DNA from: Spirulina sp. | Lineage (GTDB): Bacteria > Cyanobacteriota > Cyanobacteriia > Phormidesmidales > Phormidesmidaceae | Direction of reading: 5' to 3' | Length of the DNA: 64,000 bases | Assembly (NCBI GenBank): GCA_044070495.1 | Contig: JBIPSI010000023.1 | Span: 1 to 64,000 of the forward strand | In this document: positions 40,831-51,685 of the stretch, one piece after another | Layout of the letters: the number at the start of each line of letters is the position of its first letter | How positions within the stretch are numbered: the first letter of the stretch is position 1 | Position numbers and translations under genes: made by a program | The notes under the pieces: generated by a model | What the model saw: only the letters and a program-made list of their open reading frames with translations | Database searches by the model: none | Told to the model about the DNA's origin: nothing

Positions 40831-41784
40831 CTACTTGGGGGCGTTGGAAAATAGACGCCCCAGAAAACTTTTAGCAGGGGCCGTACTCCTAGGGGAAGGC
40901 GATTGGGTTGGAGCCGTGGGTTCGATATCGATCTTGAGCTGGCGTGCGTATTTTTGGGCAACGACGTTGTTGGGATCAATCCGCAGGGCTTGTTTGAAAT
41001 GTACCTTGGCCATCCCTGGCAGCTTGTTCAGGAGATAAGCCTGCCCCATAAGCGAGTGAAAATTACTGTTTTTGGGTTCCAGCTTCAGGGCATCCCGCAG
41101 TTCTTGAATCGCCGCCGGAGCGTTCTTGCCTTGGAGGTACTCCCTAGCCCGCTGGTAGTGGCGGTCGGCATAGGCGGGAGCACTGTCAACGGCAGAACCC
41201 TGACCCATCGTTGCCTGACTGCCCCCCCCATCGCTAGGGGTGACGGTTCGGCCAGAAACGGGGGACTTCATTACCCCCACCCGTTTTTCGCGAATGATGG
41301 TTTCCCCCATCTTGCGCTGGAAATAGACCAGATTGAGCTCACTAATTCGGTGGGTGCAGGCCGTAAAGTCGTCCGCCGAATTGTACTGGGTGGCGCTGAT
41401 TTCCTGGAGGGTATGCTCGTAGACCGTATCCACCTCCGCCTCGGGCACCGTCTGCAAATGTTGGCTCTCCTTGCCCTGGGGCTGGAACTGCCCCTCGCGC
41501 ACCAGACGCCGCACTTTAAACCGCAGTAGCGCCAAAATTTCGCTGCGCTGCTTTTCTTGCTTCAGACGTTGGTAGGCCGGATTGACCAACTTAGGTAGGG
41601 CTTGGTTGGCAAAGGCATCTGACTCCGATGAGGGATCATTCTGCACATCGGGGTGAAGCCGCTTGGCAACCTGATGGTAACGTTTCAAGATTCGTCGATC
41701 ATCAGCGGTAACCGACACCCCTAGGACGGCGTAGGGGTCGGTAAACTGACTGAACCAAGCGGGGGAAAGCGGGGGATGGGTCAT
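40831..41784 (-). CDS. J-domain protein with C-terminal TPR
   Basis: DPYAVLG..LHPD; TPR helices AIQELRDALKLEP. Confidence 0.85.
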   Translation of the reverse strand: MTHPPLSPAWFSQFTDPYAVLGVSVTADDRRILKRYHQVAKRLHPDVQNDPSSESDAFANQALPKLVNPAYQRLKQEKQRSEILALLRFKVRRLVREGQFQPQGKESQHLQTVPEAEVDTVYEHTLQEISATQYNSADDFTACTHRISELNLVYFQRKMGETIIREKRVGVMKSPVSGRTVTPSDGGGSQATMGQGSAVDSAPAYADRHYQRAREYLQGKNAPAAIQELRDALKLEPKNSNFHSLMGQAYLLNKLPGMAKVHFKQALRIDPNNVVAQKYARQLKIDIEPTAPTQSPSPRSTAPAKSFLGRLFSNAPK

Positions 41785-42004
41785 CCAGCGAGCATGATGG
41801 GGAGAAATGGGAAGCAATCGGTAATCATAAAGCCGCACCCTAGAGCTTATTCAGCGAGGCCGGTTACAGCCCTACGGCCATTATCACCAATCCCAGGGGA
41901 GAATGAGGGAATGAGGGAACGAGGAAGCAACGCTTTTATGGAGAGTATACTAAATCCATACAGTCCTAACGGTGCCCGCCCTAGCCCCCTTGCGTGAGCG
42001 TCCC

Positions 42005-42385
42005 ATGGTGCTATCTCCCTCACAGCCTCGTCGTCGTAGCATTGCCGTTGCCCTCGCTTGGTTGGGGGTTGTCCTTGCGCCGGGACTACACAAGTTTTAC
42101 CTCGGTCAGCCCGGTTGGGGAATTGCTTATCTGTTATTGAGTTGGACACCCATTCCCCGCGTGGCCTGCGCCTTGGAAGGGGCTTGGCTGTTAGGTCGCC
42201 CCCCAGAGTTTTTTGGGGCTGAACCCAAGGATCTTCCCAGCCCACCGTCCGCCCCCATCGACCCCAGCCAGGTCAACGCCCTGGGGGTGGCCCTGCGGGA
42301 ACTGGATAGCCTGCGCCAGGAAGGGCTGATTTCTGAAGCCGAATTTGAGCAAAAGCGGCGGCAACTGCTGGAACGGGTGGGCTAA
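42005..42385 (+). CDS. TM2/NINE domain plus SHOCT domain protein
   Basis: GLHKFYLG; LR.EGLISEAEFEQKRRQLL. Confidence 0.85.
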   Translation: MVLSPSQPRRRSIAVALAWLGVVLAPGLHKFYLGQPGWGIAYLLLSWTPIPRVACALEGAWLLGRPPEFFGAEPKDLPSPPSAPIDPSQVNALGVALRELDSLRQEGLISEAEFEQKRRQLLERVG

Positions 42386-42936
42386 TGGGAGCGCTGGCAC
42401 GGGTGATGCAGCAATGGCAGCGAATCCAGGGGCCAACGTCGTCCCTGGCCCAACGGTTAGCCCAAGACCCCACCTATCGCCTCACGTCCCTAGCTGAGGT
42501 CGCCCAGGCCGCTGAACTAGGCTTCCGGCTGGATGTGAATCGGGCTACGGTGGACGACTGGCTGCGGCTGCCGGGGGTTTCGATTCGTCAGGCCCAGGTT
42601 TTAGTGCATCTGCGTCAAAGCGGCGTCAGCTTCCATGCCCTAGAGGATGTGGCAGCGGCCCTAGGAGTATCACCCCAAACCCTTCAGCCCCTAGCGCCCG
42701 TCCTTTCCTTTTGTTACTACGACGACCTTAGCCCCCTGGTGGTTCGTCCCGTCGCCATTAACCAAGCCACCCTGGCCGATTTGGGGCAGATACCCGATCT
42801 ACCGATGCCCCTAGCCCAGGCCATGCTGCAAGAACGCCAACGCCGAGGGCCATTCCGCAGCATCGCCGACCTCCAGCGTCGCCTAGCTCTCCCCCCCGAC
42901 ACCATCGCCACCCTCATGCACTACCTACGCTGTTAG
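42385..42936 (+). CDS. ComEA-like helix-hairpin-helix DNA-binding protein
   Basis: DVNRAT..W.RLPGVS and INQAT..L, GPFRSIADL. Confidence 0.8.
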   Translation: MGALARVMQQWQRIQGPTSSLAQRLAQDPTYRLTSLAEVAQAAELGFRLDVNRATVDDWLRLPGVSIRQAQVLVHLRQSGVSFHALEDVAAALGVSPQTLQPLAPVLSFCYYDDLSPLVVRPVAINQATLADLGQIPDLPMPLAQAMLQERQRRGPFRSIADLQRRLALPPDTIATLMHYLRC

Positions 42937-42950
42937 GGGATGTTCTGAAG

Positions 42951-43535
42951 TTAGTCACTCTCCATATTCAGCGCCACTAAATCGGGCATCAACTGCCGAA
43001 AGGCTATGCCTCGATGGCTGTGGGCCTCTTTTTCAGCGGGGGCCAGTTCCGCAAAGCTGCGCCCCAGTTCTGGCACATAGAAAATTGGGTCGTAGCCAAA
43101 GCCGCCATTCCCCTTGGGGGCGGTGAGAATTTCCCCTCGGCAGATGCCCAGGGTTTCTAGGGCAATCTCGCCATCGGGACGGGCTAGGGCAATGGCGCAG
43201 ACAAACTGAGCACCGCGATCCGTTTCGCCCTCCAGTTCCCTTAGTACGCGCTCAATGCGAGTCTGGTCGGTGTCGGCGTAGCGGGCAGAATAGAGGCCGG
43301 GGGCACCCTCTAGGGCATCCACCTCTAGGCCAGAATCATCGGCAATGGCCCACTGGCCTAGGGCTTTAGCAACTTCGGAGGCTTTCAGTCGAGCATTTTC
43401 CAGGAAAGTCGTCCCGGTTTCGTCGATATCTAATTGGTCGGGTTTAAGCTGCAAGCTCCAGGCCAAGTCACCTAGGTAGGCTTGCATTTCCTTCAGTTTT
43501 CCAGGATTACCAGTGGCAACAACAACGGTAGGCAT
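42951..43535 (-). CDS. rdgB: Non-canonical purine NTP pyrophosphatase (RdgB/HAM1)
   Basis: ATGNPGK, ADDSGL, GFGYDPIF, SHRG. Confidence 0.95.
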   Translation of the reverse strand: MPTVVVATGNPGKLKEMQAYLGDLAWSLQLKPDQLDIDETGTTFLENARLKASEVAKALGQWAIADDSGLEVDALEGAPGLYSARYADTDQTRIERVLRELEGETDRGAQFVCAIALARPDGEIALETLGICRGEILTAPKGNGGFGYDPIFYVPELGRSFAELAPAEKEAHSHRGIAFRQLMPDLVALNMESD

Positions 43536-43668
43536 AGGGGATGTCAATGATGGCGAGAGACAGATTGTAATGGACAACCGCTATTTCTATCCATCTCTCC
43601 TCCCCCTCGGCAAAATGTCACACCCCTTCACCGCACAGGGCCGCTAAACCTGATAGCTTGGGGAAACA

Positions 43669-45441
43669 ATGCTCGCAGGTGTTTTCCCGTTGACCCACCC
43701 TCGCCGCCAAGGCTCAAACTATTGGATCCTCGCCCCCTACGTGCGGCAGCAGTGGCCCACCATTGCCAAGGCCATGTTTGGCACATTGATTTTTGTGGGC
43801 TATTGGCCAATTTTGGCCTGGTTGTCGGGGCAGGTATTGGCGCTGCTGGCGGAGGGCAACGTTCCGGCGGTGTCGCGGCTGATTGCCATTACCATGGCGG
43901 GCTTTGCGGTGCAGAAGGTGGGCCAATACATCCAGGATTCCTTCATGTCCAAGGCCGCCCTGGAGGTGGCCTTCAAGGTGCGGCGACAGGTCTATACCCA
44001 CATCCATAGCCTGAGCCTGTCCTACTTCGAGCGCAGCCAAACCGGAGATTTGGCCTACCGCCTGACGGAAGATATCGACCGCATCGGGGAGGTGGTGCTG
44101 AAGCTCTTCCACGATTTCATCCCCTCCATGCTGCAACTGATTGTGGTGGTGGGCTATATGGTTTACCTCAACTGGCAGCTCACCCTCACGGCGATGGTGC
44201 TGATTCCCTTGCTGGCGGTGCTGGCGGGCTGGTTTGGCAACCAAATGCTGAAGTCCTCCCGTCGCAGCCAAAACCTGGTGTCGGATTTGTCCTCCTTGGT
44301 CACGGAGGTGTTCAGCGGTATTCGCCTCGTCCGCGCCTTTGCCGCCGAAGACTACGAAATCGAGCGCTTCACCCAGGAGGCCGAAAAGAACCGCCAAGCC
44401 AAGTACCGAGCGGCATGGCTCCAGGCGGTGCAGTACCCCGTGGTGGGCTTCCTCTACGGCCTGGTGGTGGTAATGATTTTGCTGATGGGCACCTGGCAAA
44501 TTTCCCAGGGCAACCTGACGGGAGCCTCCTTCGGGAGCTACGTGATCGCCGCCCTGATGCTGATCGACCCCGTCAACCACTTCATCCACAACTACAGCGA
44601 ATTCAAACAGGGGGAAGCCTCTGTAGACCGCATTGTGGAACTGCTGGACATCGAACCTGCCGTGCGCGAACTGCCCAACGCCATCGAAATGCCCCCGGTC
44701 ACCGGACGGGTCGAGTACCGCAACGTCACCTTTGGCTACGATCCGGCGGAACCTATCCTGAAAAACCTGGATTTGGTGGCGCTCCCCGGCGAAAAGATCG
44801 CCCTCGTCGGCGCGTCCGGGGCCGGAAAATCTACCCTGGTCAACCTCCTACCCCGCTTCTATGATCCCCAAGCGGGCCAAATCCTGATTGATGATGTTGA
44901 TGTGGCCACGGTGTCCCTCCGCAGCCTGCGCCGCCAAATCGGCATCGTGCCCCAGGAAAATACGCTGTTTTCGGGCACCATCGCCCAAAATATCGCCTTT
45001 GGCCAAAAGGACTTCGATATCCAGGCCGTGGAAGACGCGGCCCGCATCGCCAATGCCCACGGTTTCATCAGCCAGTTTTCCCAGGGCTACTACACCTGGG
45101 TGGGCGAACGGGGGGTGAACCTCTCCGGTGGTCAACGGCAACGGGTGGCCATCGCCAGGGCCGTGCTGCTCAATCCTCGCATTCTGATTTTGGACGAAGC
45201 CACCTCCGCCCTGGATGCCGAATCGGAAGCCTTGGTGCAGGAAGCCCTAGAACGCATCATGCGCGACCGCACCGTGTTCATCATCGCCCACCGACTGGCC
45301 ACCGTGCGCCGCGCCGACCGCATTCTGGTGATCGAAAAGGGCCAAATCATCGAATCCGGCACCCACAGCGAACTGCTGGCCCAAAAAAGCCGCTACGCCC
45401 AGTTCTATGCCCAACAGTTTGCGGTGGAAAGCCAACCTTAG
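43669..45441 (+). CDS. ABC exporter, fused permease/ATPase (MsbA-like)
   Basis: TM domain plus GASGAGKST, LSGGQRQR, DEATSALD; start uncertain. Confidence 0.92.
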   Translation: MLAGVFPLTHPRRQGSNYWILAPYVRQQWPTIAKAMFGTLIFVGYWPILAWLSGQVLALLAEGNVPAVSRLIAITMAGFAVQKVGQYIQDSFMSKAALEVAFKVRRQVYTHIHSLSLSYFERSQTGDLAYRLTEDIDRIGEVVLKLFHDFIPSMLQLIVVVGYMVYLNWQLTLTAMVLIPLLAVLAGWFGNQMLKSSRRSQNLVSDLSSLVTEVFSGIRLVRAFAAEDYEIERFTQEAEKNRQAKYRAAWLQAVQYPVVGFLYGLVVVMILLMGTWQISQGNLTGASFGSYVIAALMLIDPVNHFIHNYSEFKQGEASVDRIVELLDIEPAVRELPNAIEMPPVTGRVEYRNVTFGYDPAEPILKNLDLVALPGEKIALVGASGAGKSTLVNLLPRFYDPQAGQILIDDVDVATVSLRSLRRQIGIVPQENTLFSGTIAQNIAFGQKDFDIQAVEDAARIANAHGFISQFSQGYYTWVGERGVNLSGGQRQRVAIARAVLLNPRILILDEATSALDAESEALVQEALERIMRDRTVFIIAHRLATVRRADRILVIEKGQIIESGTHSELLAQKSRYAQFYAQQFAVESQP

Positions 45442-45617
45442 CAACAACCAAACTTGAGACTGGGTAATGTAACTCCCTGAAGCCTGTCTACCTGACACAA
45501 TACCTCCAATTTCTACCCAACCCAACCGTCTGGGCTAGGTCTCCTCGCCGTTCCAAACCAAAGGTCATCAGGACTTCCTGGGACAGGACTTTCTGTGAGC
45601 AGGTCGCTCGAACCCCC

Positions 45618-46256
45618 CTAGCGGCCCAAATCGTGGAGGGTGTGAATGGCCTCGGCGCACTGGGCCGTGACCGCCTCTAGGGCATCGCGTTTGGTGGTGG
45701 CGGGGGCGGCGATGGGTTCGCCAATGCGAATGGTGAGGGGAACCGGGCGCGGAAAGGCTGACTTGCCAGAAGCAATGCCGTGGTTGCCCCAAATGCTAAC
45801 GGGCAGGAGATCGGCTCCGGCCTTGGCGGCGATCATGGCGGCTCCAATTTTGGGGTTGGGGATGCGGCCATCGGCGGTGCGGGTGCCCTCTAGGAAAATA
45901 CCCACCGCCCAGCCTTGCTCCAATTGCTTGAGGGCTTCTCGGATGGCGCTGCGGTCGGCACTGCCCCGCTTAACGGGGTAGGCTCCGTAGAGGGTGATCG
46001 CCTGCTTGAGGACAGGCACCTGGAACAGTTCCTCCTTGGCCATGTAGGACACGGGACGGCGCACGGCGGCGGAGAGTAGCGGTGGGTCGAAGTCGCTGGC
46101 GTGGTTGGCCACCACCAGAAGCTTGCCCTTTTGCGGTACGTTTTCGGCCCCGTAGACCCGCCCCCGAAAGTAGGTGTGGAACAGCGGGCTGACCACCGAC
46201 CACTTGAACAGGTGGTATAGCAGCAGGTTAACGGCGGGTTCGCGGTCGCGGGCCAT
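45618..46256 (-). CDS. plsC: 1-acyl-sn-glycerol-3-phosphate acyltransferase
   Basis: NHASDFD (HX4D), AKEELF, FLEGTRT. Confidence 0.9.
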   Translation of the reverse strand: MARDREPAVNLLLYHLFKWSVVSPLFHTYFRGRVYGAENVPQKGKLLVVANHASDFDPPLLSAAVRRPVSYMAKEELFQVPVLKQAITLYGAYPVKRGSADRSAIREALKQLEQGWAVGIFLEGTRTADGRIPNPKIGAAMIAAKAGADLLPVSIWGNHGIASGKSAFPRPVPLTIRIGEPIAAPATTKRDALEAVTAQCAEAIHTLHDLGR

Positions 46257-46424
46257 GGGCAAGTCCTCAGGAGTGTCCGGGATGGTAGGGTAGGCATCCT
46301 GCCTGCTAATCGTAGAGGGCAGGCCTCTCGTCTGCGATGGGCAGCCTGCGATGAGAACAGCCAAGATGGCTGTTCTACCTGGGCTTTTTGCCTTAAACGT
46401 TCGGGAACGTTCGGTCTTTTGAGC

Positions 46425-47312
46425 CTAGCCCTGGGTTTCGAGTTGATCTAGAGTGCCCACATTCACCAGGGCTAGATCCTTGCAGGTGCGCTTAATCAGT
46501 CCGGTGAGCACATTCCCTGGCCCCACTTCGACCACGGTATCAATGCCAATTTCGGGCAGGGTGAGGCTAATTTCCCGCCAGCGCACCGACCCGGTCATTT
46601 GCTGGATGAGGCGCTGTTTGAGCACTGCGCCCTCAGTGGCGGGGGTGGGGTCTACGTTGGAGAGTACGGGCACCTGGGCATCCTGAAACGCAACGGGTTC
46701 CAGCACCGCCGTAAAGGTTTCCGCCGCCGGGGCCATCAGGGGCGAGTGGAAGGCTCCGCTGACGTTGAGCTTCACCGCCCGCTTGGCTTTCACGCTGGCC
46801 ATCACCGCTTCCACCGCCGCCGGAGTACCGGAGATCACGACCTGGCCAGGGTTGTTGTCGTTGGCGAGGACGGCCCCAGGGTTGGCCGCTAGCTGGGCGG
46901 TGAGGTCGTCCATATCAAAGCCCAGCAGGGCCGCCATCATGCCATCGGAGGCCGCAGCCATCAGTTCTGATCGCTGTTTAACCAAGGATAGCCCCGTGGC
47001 AAAGTCAAACACCCCAGCGGCGTAGAGGGCCACGTATTCCCCCAGGCTGTGCCCTGCCACGGCGTTGGGGGCTTGGCCGCGCTCCTTCAGTAAATCCACC
47101 AGCAGGCTTTCCAGCACGTATAGGCAGGGCTGGGTGTAGCGGGTGCTGGAGACCTTGTCCTCGGCGTCTTGAATCACCTCCGGCACCGACCACCCTAGCA
47201 CCGCCTCCGCCTCGGTAAAGCGAGCCTTAGCCTGGGGTAACTCGGCTAAGTCCATCCCCATGCCCACGGACTGCGAACCCTGCCCCGGAAAAACCCACGC
47301 TGCTTTGGCCAT
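46425..47312 (-). CDS. fabD: Malonyl-CoA:ACP transacylase
   Basis: FPGQGSQ, GHSLGEY, SGAFHS, EVGPG. Confidence 0.97.
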   Translation of the reverse strand: MAKAAWVFPGQGSQSVGMGMDLAELPQAKARFTEAEAVLGWSVPEVIQDAEDKVSSTRYTQPCLYVLESLLVDLLKERGQAPNAVAGHSLGEYVALYAAGVFDFATGLSLVKQRSELMAAASDGMMAALLGFDMDDLTAQLAANPGAVLANDNNPGQVVISGTPAAVEAVMASVKAKRAVKLNVSGAFHSPLMAPAAETFTAVLEPVAFQDAQVPVLSNVDPTPATEGAVLKQRLIQQMTGSVRWREISLTLPEIGIDTVVEVGPGNVLTGLIKRTCKDLALVNVGTLDQLETQG

Positions 47313-47584
47313 CTCTTCCTTCACCTTATCTATGCTGACGCTGCCGTGCCCACCAGGTCTGGGGGCCTGAACATTACGGCGTAATGAGGTTAATGTCTCA
47401 CAAAACCGTTCACCCAGAACAGATTTCCCTGGCTCCGAGAAGTCTATCTGGGGGGTGAGGACGGCTCTACCCTAGGGCATAAATCGTCTTGAAATGGAGC
47501 GTCTAAGGATTGGGCCTGGTTAGACTAGGCGATGATTCTGCCCAAGCTTCTAGCCAAACTGTTGTCATCGCTATCGAGTGTGCC

Positions 47585-50185
47585 GTGAACCCTAATCCTG
47601 CTTCTCCGACCTTAGGTCTCCCCGTGCCCCAGTGGACCAGTGACCATCAGGGAGTGTACCTAGAACTGACCGAAACCCAGAAGTTGATGGAATGGGCCGA
47701 GGCCGTAGGTCACACAGACGACACCATTTTTCACCAGGGGCAAACCTATGCCCGCCGACTGGGGGCACACTATCGAGAGGATGGGCTAACGGAATTTGGC
47801 TTTTGGACACCGGAACTAGCCGCCGAGGTGATTCAGTCGGAGCGTACCCTGGAGTTGGAAATCCTAACGCCGCTCCAGCCGATTGATTTTCGGGCCGATC
47901 AGCAAACCATAGACTTTAAGCGGGAGCGCATCCCGGTGATGCAGCAGGGGGAATACGTGTGGGCCGTGGTGGCGGGGCTAACACCGGGCACCCGTGATCA
48001 GGCCGGATGCTTCTACTGGCTGCGCTACGTCGATCCCGAAGGGCGGGAGCACCCGATTCGTGACCCTCTAGCCTACTCCCTGCCCTACGGCGTGTTTGCC
48101 CCAGCAGAACTCTACGATATGGATCGTCTCCAGCGGGAACGGGCCGATCTCGCCTACCTGCAAAGCACCGCCGCCCGTGGGGAGGATGGGGAAATTCCCC
48201 GCCTGCCACCCCCCACCAACATTCTGCAGATCCACGTGAAGACCTCCAGCCCAGAGGGTTCCGTGGAGGGCTTAACCCGCATCTACCGCACCATTTCCGA
48301 CAAACTGGCCAAGGGAGAGGCCCTAACGGCGGCAGAGACGGCCTACGTGGGCTATGAGGCTGTGCAACTGTTGCCCGTAGAACCCACCATTGAATATCGG
48401 CGGGAGGACACCAACCTCGACCACGAATTTTTTGCCGTCGTGGGCCTTGGCTATCCAGAAAAGTCCCCGCTCGAAGATGCCATTGAAGACGCCCTTGAAA
48501 GTGCCATTGAGGCCACCGCTGAGGATGCTGCCGAGGAAGACACCGAACCCATCACCCTCACCGTGACCCTACGCCAGCCCAATACCCAAAACTGGGGCTA
48601 CGATGTGCCGATTTTGGGTTCCGCCGCCACCAACCCCGCCGTGCTTGGCAGCCTGCGCCCCGATGAAATGGTGGATTTAATCGCCACCCTGCACAATTTT
48701 TCCCAGGGGCCGATTCAGGTGATTTACGACCTCGTCTATGGCCACGCCGACAACCAGGCCCTAGAACTGTTGCCCCAGCAGTTTTTCAAAGGGCCGAATA
48801 TGTACGGCCAAGACCTTAACCACCAACTGCCTCAGGTGCGCGCCATTTTGCTAGAGATGCAGCGGCGCAAGCTCAACACTGGGGTGGATGGTATTCGGGT
48901 CGATGGCGGGCAAGATTTTCGCTTCTTTAACCCTCTCAGCGGGCGGGTGGAACACGACGACATGTACCTGATTGCCATGAGCGACGTGGTGCAGGACATT
49001 GAAGGCCATCAGCGGCTGATGTTCACCATTTTTGAGGACGGGCGACCCTGGCCGGAGGAGGGCTGGGAGGAAAAATCCACCTACCGCGAACTGATGGAGG
49101 CCAAGCCCGGATCCTTCCAGTGGGGGCCGCTGATTTTTGCCCACAATACCCCCACCCTAAAGGGCTTTTGGGATTACAAATGGCAGCGGGTTTGCGAAGT
49201 CATCACCCAGGGCGACCACTGGATTACCGGCTGCGGCAACCACGATACCGTACGACGCGGCAACCAAATTGACCCCAGCGCCGACATCAACTGGAACCTG
49301 GGCGACACCCTGCCCAGCGCCCTAAACCGGGCCTACAACAATCCGGCCACATTGCTCTGGGTGCATGGCTTCAGTCCTGGGTTGCCCATGGATTTCCTCA
49401 ACGCCTGCCTGGAAACGCCCTGGGGGTTTTTCCGCAATACCGACGACCGCTACGGCGTCAAGGTTGTGGCCGAAGAGGTGGGCTTTTTAGACTGGGAAAT
49501 TGAGCCAGACTTCTACGCCCGACCCGACACCTTCCCCCAACTCAAAGCCCTGGGGTTTGAGAGCCTGCCATCGCTGCAAGACTTCGCCAAGGCTCTACAA
49601 ACCGCCATGGTAGAAACCGACTACGACCTAGAGGCCGTCGCCCAAATTTGTCAGGGTTGCCTCGGTCAGGGGGCCGATGGTCAAACCTGCACCGTCCCGG
49701 CCCTGGGGGATATCAACCAGCCCGGACTACCGGATTTTCTGATGAACTTAGACGTGCCACGCCTAAAGCAGTTTGCCATGGCCTTTATGGAGGATGGCCA
49801 CGATAGCTGCAACGTGGTGCATTCCGCCGACCAGGTTGATCCAGAACGAGCCGTCTTTGCCCTTGCCCTACGACAGTTTCGGCAGGAGCGGCCCTGGCTG
49901 CGGCAAAACCTCAGCGGCAGCGACCGTTTCAACCGCATCAGCGAACCCACCCACACCCTGTTCTACGGCCACCGCACCCAACCCACGGGCGAAGACGCGG
50001 TAGTGATGATCACCCACATGGGTGGCGACCCCGTCACCGTCACCCTGGGCGACTGGCTTCAGCTTGACCTCAGCGAATGGCAGGTGGCCCTCGCGACCCC
50101 CGGCCTCGTCCCCGATTCTCTCCAGCAATTTGAGATCCAGGATGGCCAAGGCCTGCTGCTTATCCCCCGACCGATGGAGGGCTAA
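47585..50185 (+). CDS. gghA: Glucosylglycerol hydrolase (GH13-like)
   Basis: RLGAHY..DG.TE.GFW, DP.A.SLPYGVFAPAE, DLVYGHADNQ, DGIRVDG, NHDT; start uncertain. Confidence 0.8.
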   Translation: MNPNPASPTLGLPVPQWTSDHQGVYLELTETQKLMEWAEAVGHTDDTIFHQGQTYARRLGAHYREDGLTEFGFWTPELAAEVIQSERTLELEILTPLQPIDFRADQQTIDFKRERIPVMQQGEYVWAVVAGLTPGTRDQAGCFYWLRYVDPEGREHPIRDPLAYSLPYGVFAPAELYDMDRLQRERADLAYLQSTAARGEDGEIPRLPPPTNILQIHVKTSSPEGSVEGLTRIYRTISDKLAKGEALTAAETAYVGYEAVQLLPVEPTIEYRREDTNLDHEFFAVVGLGYPEKSPLEDAIEDALESAIEATAEDAAEEDTEPITLTVTLRQPNTQNWGYDVPILGSAATNPAVLGSLRPDEMVDLIATLHNFSQGPIQVIYDLVYGHADNQALELLPQQFFKGPNMYGQDLNHQLPQVRAILLEMQRRKLNTGVDGIRVDGGQDFRFFNPLSGRVEHDDMYLIAMSDVVQDIEGHQRLMFTIFEDGRPWPEEGWEEKSTYRELMEAKPGSFQWGPLIFAHNTPTLKGFWDYKWQRVCEVITQGDHWITGCGNHDTVRRGNQIDPSADINWNLGDTLPSALNRAYNNPATLLWVHGFSPGLPMDFLNACLETPWGFFRNTDDRYGVKVVAEEVGFLDWEIEPDFYARPDTFPQLKALGFESLPSLQDFAKALQTAMVETDYDLEAVAQICQGCLGQGADGQTCTVPALGDINQPGLPDFLMNLDVPRLKQFAMAFMEDGHDSCNVVHSADQVDPERAVFALALRQFRQERPWLRQNLSGSDRFNRISEPTHTLFYGHRTQPTGEDAVVMITHMGGDPVTVTLGDWLQLDLSEWQVALATPGLVPDSLQQFEIQDGQGLLLIPRPMEG

Positions 50186-51207
50186 TAGCGAATGCGGGGG
50201 TCGATGTAGGCGTTTAGAATATCAATGGCGATGCTGATCACCGCCACAATCATGCCGAAGAACACCATTAACCCCTGCACCACCGGATAATCCCGCTGGG
50301 AGATGGCTTCATAGAGGCGATTGGCCAAGCCGGGCCAGGAGAAGGTGACTTCGGTCAGCACCGCACCGCCCAGCATGGAGGCAAAGGTCAGCCCTAGGAT
50401 GGTAATCACCGGAATTAGGGCATTTTTGAGGGCATGAACTAGGACAATCCGCCGCTCTGGGATGCCCCTGGCGCGGGCCGCTTCCACATAGTCTGCCGTG
50501 AGGGTTTGCTTGAGGTTGACCCGCACCATACGCTCAAACACACCGCTAATCAGCACCCCCAGGGTGAGGCTGGGCAGGGCTAGGTAATAGATTGTGGTGG
50601 CAAAAGCCCCTAAATCAAAGGTGAGCAGGCTATCCAGCAGATACAATCCCGTGGGGCCAGCGGGCGGCGTACCCTGGAGGGGATAGCGGGTGCCGATGGG
50701 AAACCAGCGCAACTGCACCGCAAAAATAAGCTGCAAAATCATGCCAAACCAATACATCGGAATGGCGTAGGTGATGATGCCAAACAGCCGCCCCCCGGCA
50801 TCGAGGGCCGAGTTGGGCCGCGAGGCGGAAATTACCCCCACCGTTACCCCCACCACCGTGGCCACAATCATGCCGCACAGGGCCAGTTCCACCGTGGCCG
50901 GAAAGTGGGCGCGAATGATGGCCCACACCGTTTGCCCCTGGGTGGCGATGGAAGTACCCAAATCAAACCGCAGCAGTTGGCCCAGGTAGTCGATATATTG
51001 CGCCCACAGGGGTTGATCCAGCCCCAACTGTGCCCGTAGCTGATCCTTCGCCGCCGCCGGAGCCCGCGCCCCCAGCAGGGCATCCACCGGATCGCCGGGG
51101 GTGGCCCGCAGCAGCAAAAACACCACCGTGGTAATCGTCCAGATCATCAACGGGGCTAGCATCAGTCGGGTGAGGACGTAGTAGCGCAGGGCGGCAGAGC
51201 GGGACAT
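50182..51207 (-). CDS. Peptide/nickel ABC transporter permease (DppB type)
   Basis: PGDP, LGLDQP, EAARARG EAA loop, RDYPVVQG. Confidence 0.92.
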   Translation of the reverse strand: MSRSAALRYYVLTRLMLAPLMIWTITTVVFLLLRATPGDPVDALLGARAPAAAKDQLRAQLGLDQPLWAQYIDYLGQLLRFDLGTSIATQGQTVWAIIRAHFPATVELALCGMIVATVVGVTVGVISASRPNSALDAGGRLFGIITYAIPMYWFGMILQLIFAVQLRWFPIGTRYPLQGTPPAGPTGLYLLDSLLTFDLGAFATTIYYLALPSLTLGVLISGVFERMVRVNLKQTLTADYVEAARARGIPERRIVLVHALKNALIPVITILGLTFASMLGGAVLTEVTFSWPGLANRLYEAISQRDYPVVQGLMVFFGMIVAVISIAIDILNAYIDPRIRY

Positions 51208-51213
51208 GGGGGT

Positions 51214-51243
51214 GGGTTATTGGTTATTGGTTATTGGTTATTG
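51214..51243. repeat. Heptamer short tandem repeat (TTATTGG)n, STRR-like
   Basis: GGTTATTGGTTATTGGTTATTGGTTATTG; a reverse-complement version occurs at 53611-53647. Confidence 0.7.
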
Positions 51244-51583
51244 CGCCGCTGGTGATGAGGGTTTCTAGTTTGGCGGCGAGGTCTTCCTTGGCGGCAACCC
51301 CTTCAATGGTGGCGACGCGCGCGCCTTTGTTGAAGAAGATCAGGGTGGGGATGGCCATCACATGGTACTGAAGGGCCAGGGCGTCTTCTTCATCGACGTT
51401 GAGCTTGGCCACCTTGGCTCGGCCCGCAAAGGTTTCCGCCAGTTCTTCCACAATCGGGTTCATGATGCGGCAGGGGCCACACCAGGCTGCCCAAAAATCA
51501 ACCAGAACCGGAACATCGCTCTGAAGCACTTCGGCGTCAAAGTTGTCCGCCGTGATCGTGAGGTACTGGGCATGGTCTGCCAT
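51224..51583 (-). CDS. trxA: Thioredoxin
   Basis: VDFWAAWCGPC, IPTL. Confidence 0.95.
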   Translation of the reverse strand: MADHAQYLTITADNFDAEVLQSDVPVLVDFWAAWCGPCRIMNPIVEELAETFAGRAKVAKLNVDEEDALALQYHVMAIPTLIFFNKGARVATIEGVAAKEDLAAKLETLITSGAITNNQ

Positions 51584-51685
51584 GGGGAAATCTCTCCTTG
51601 AGGATGCTGGGGGGAATGTCCCTTGGGTCGTCTTCTACAGTACTGCATTCTTGGCCCGCCCAAAACGGGAGCCTGATGGGTGGGT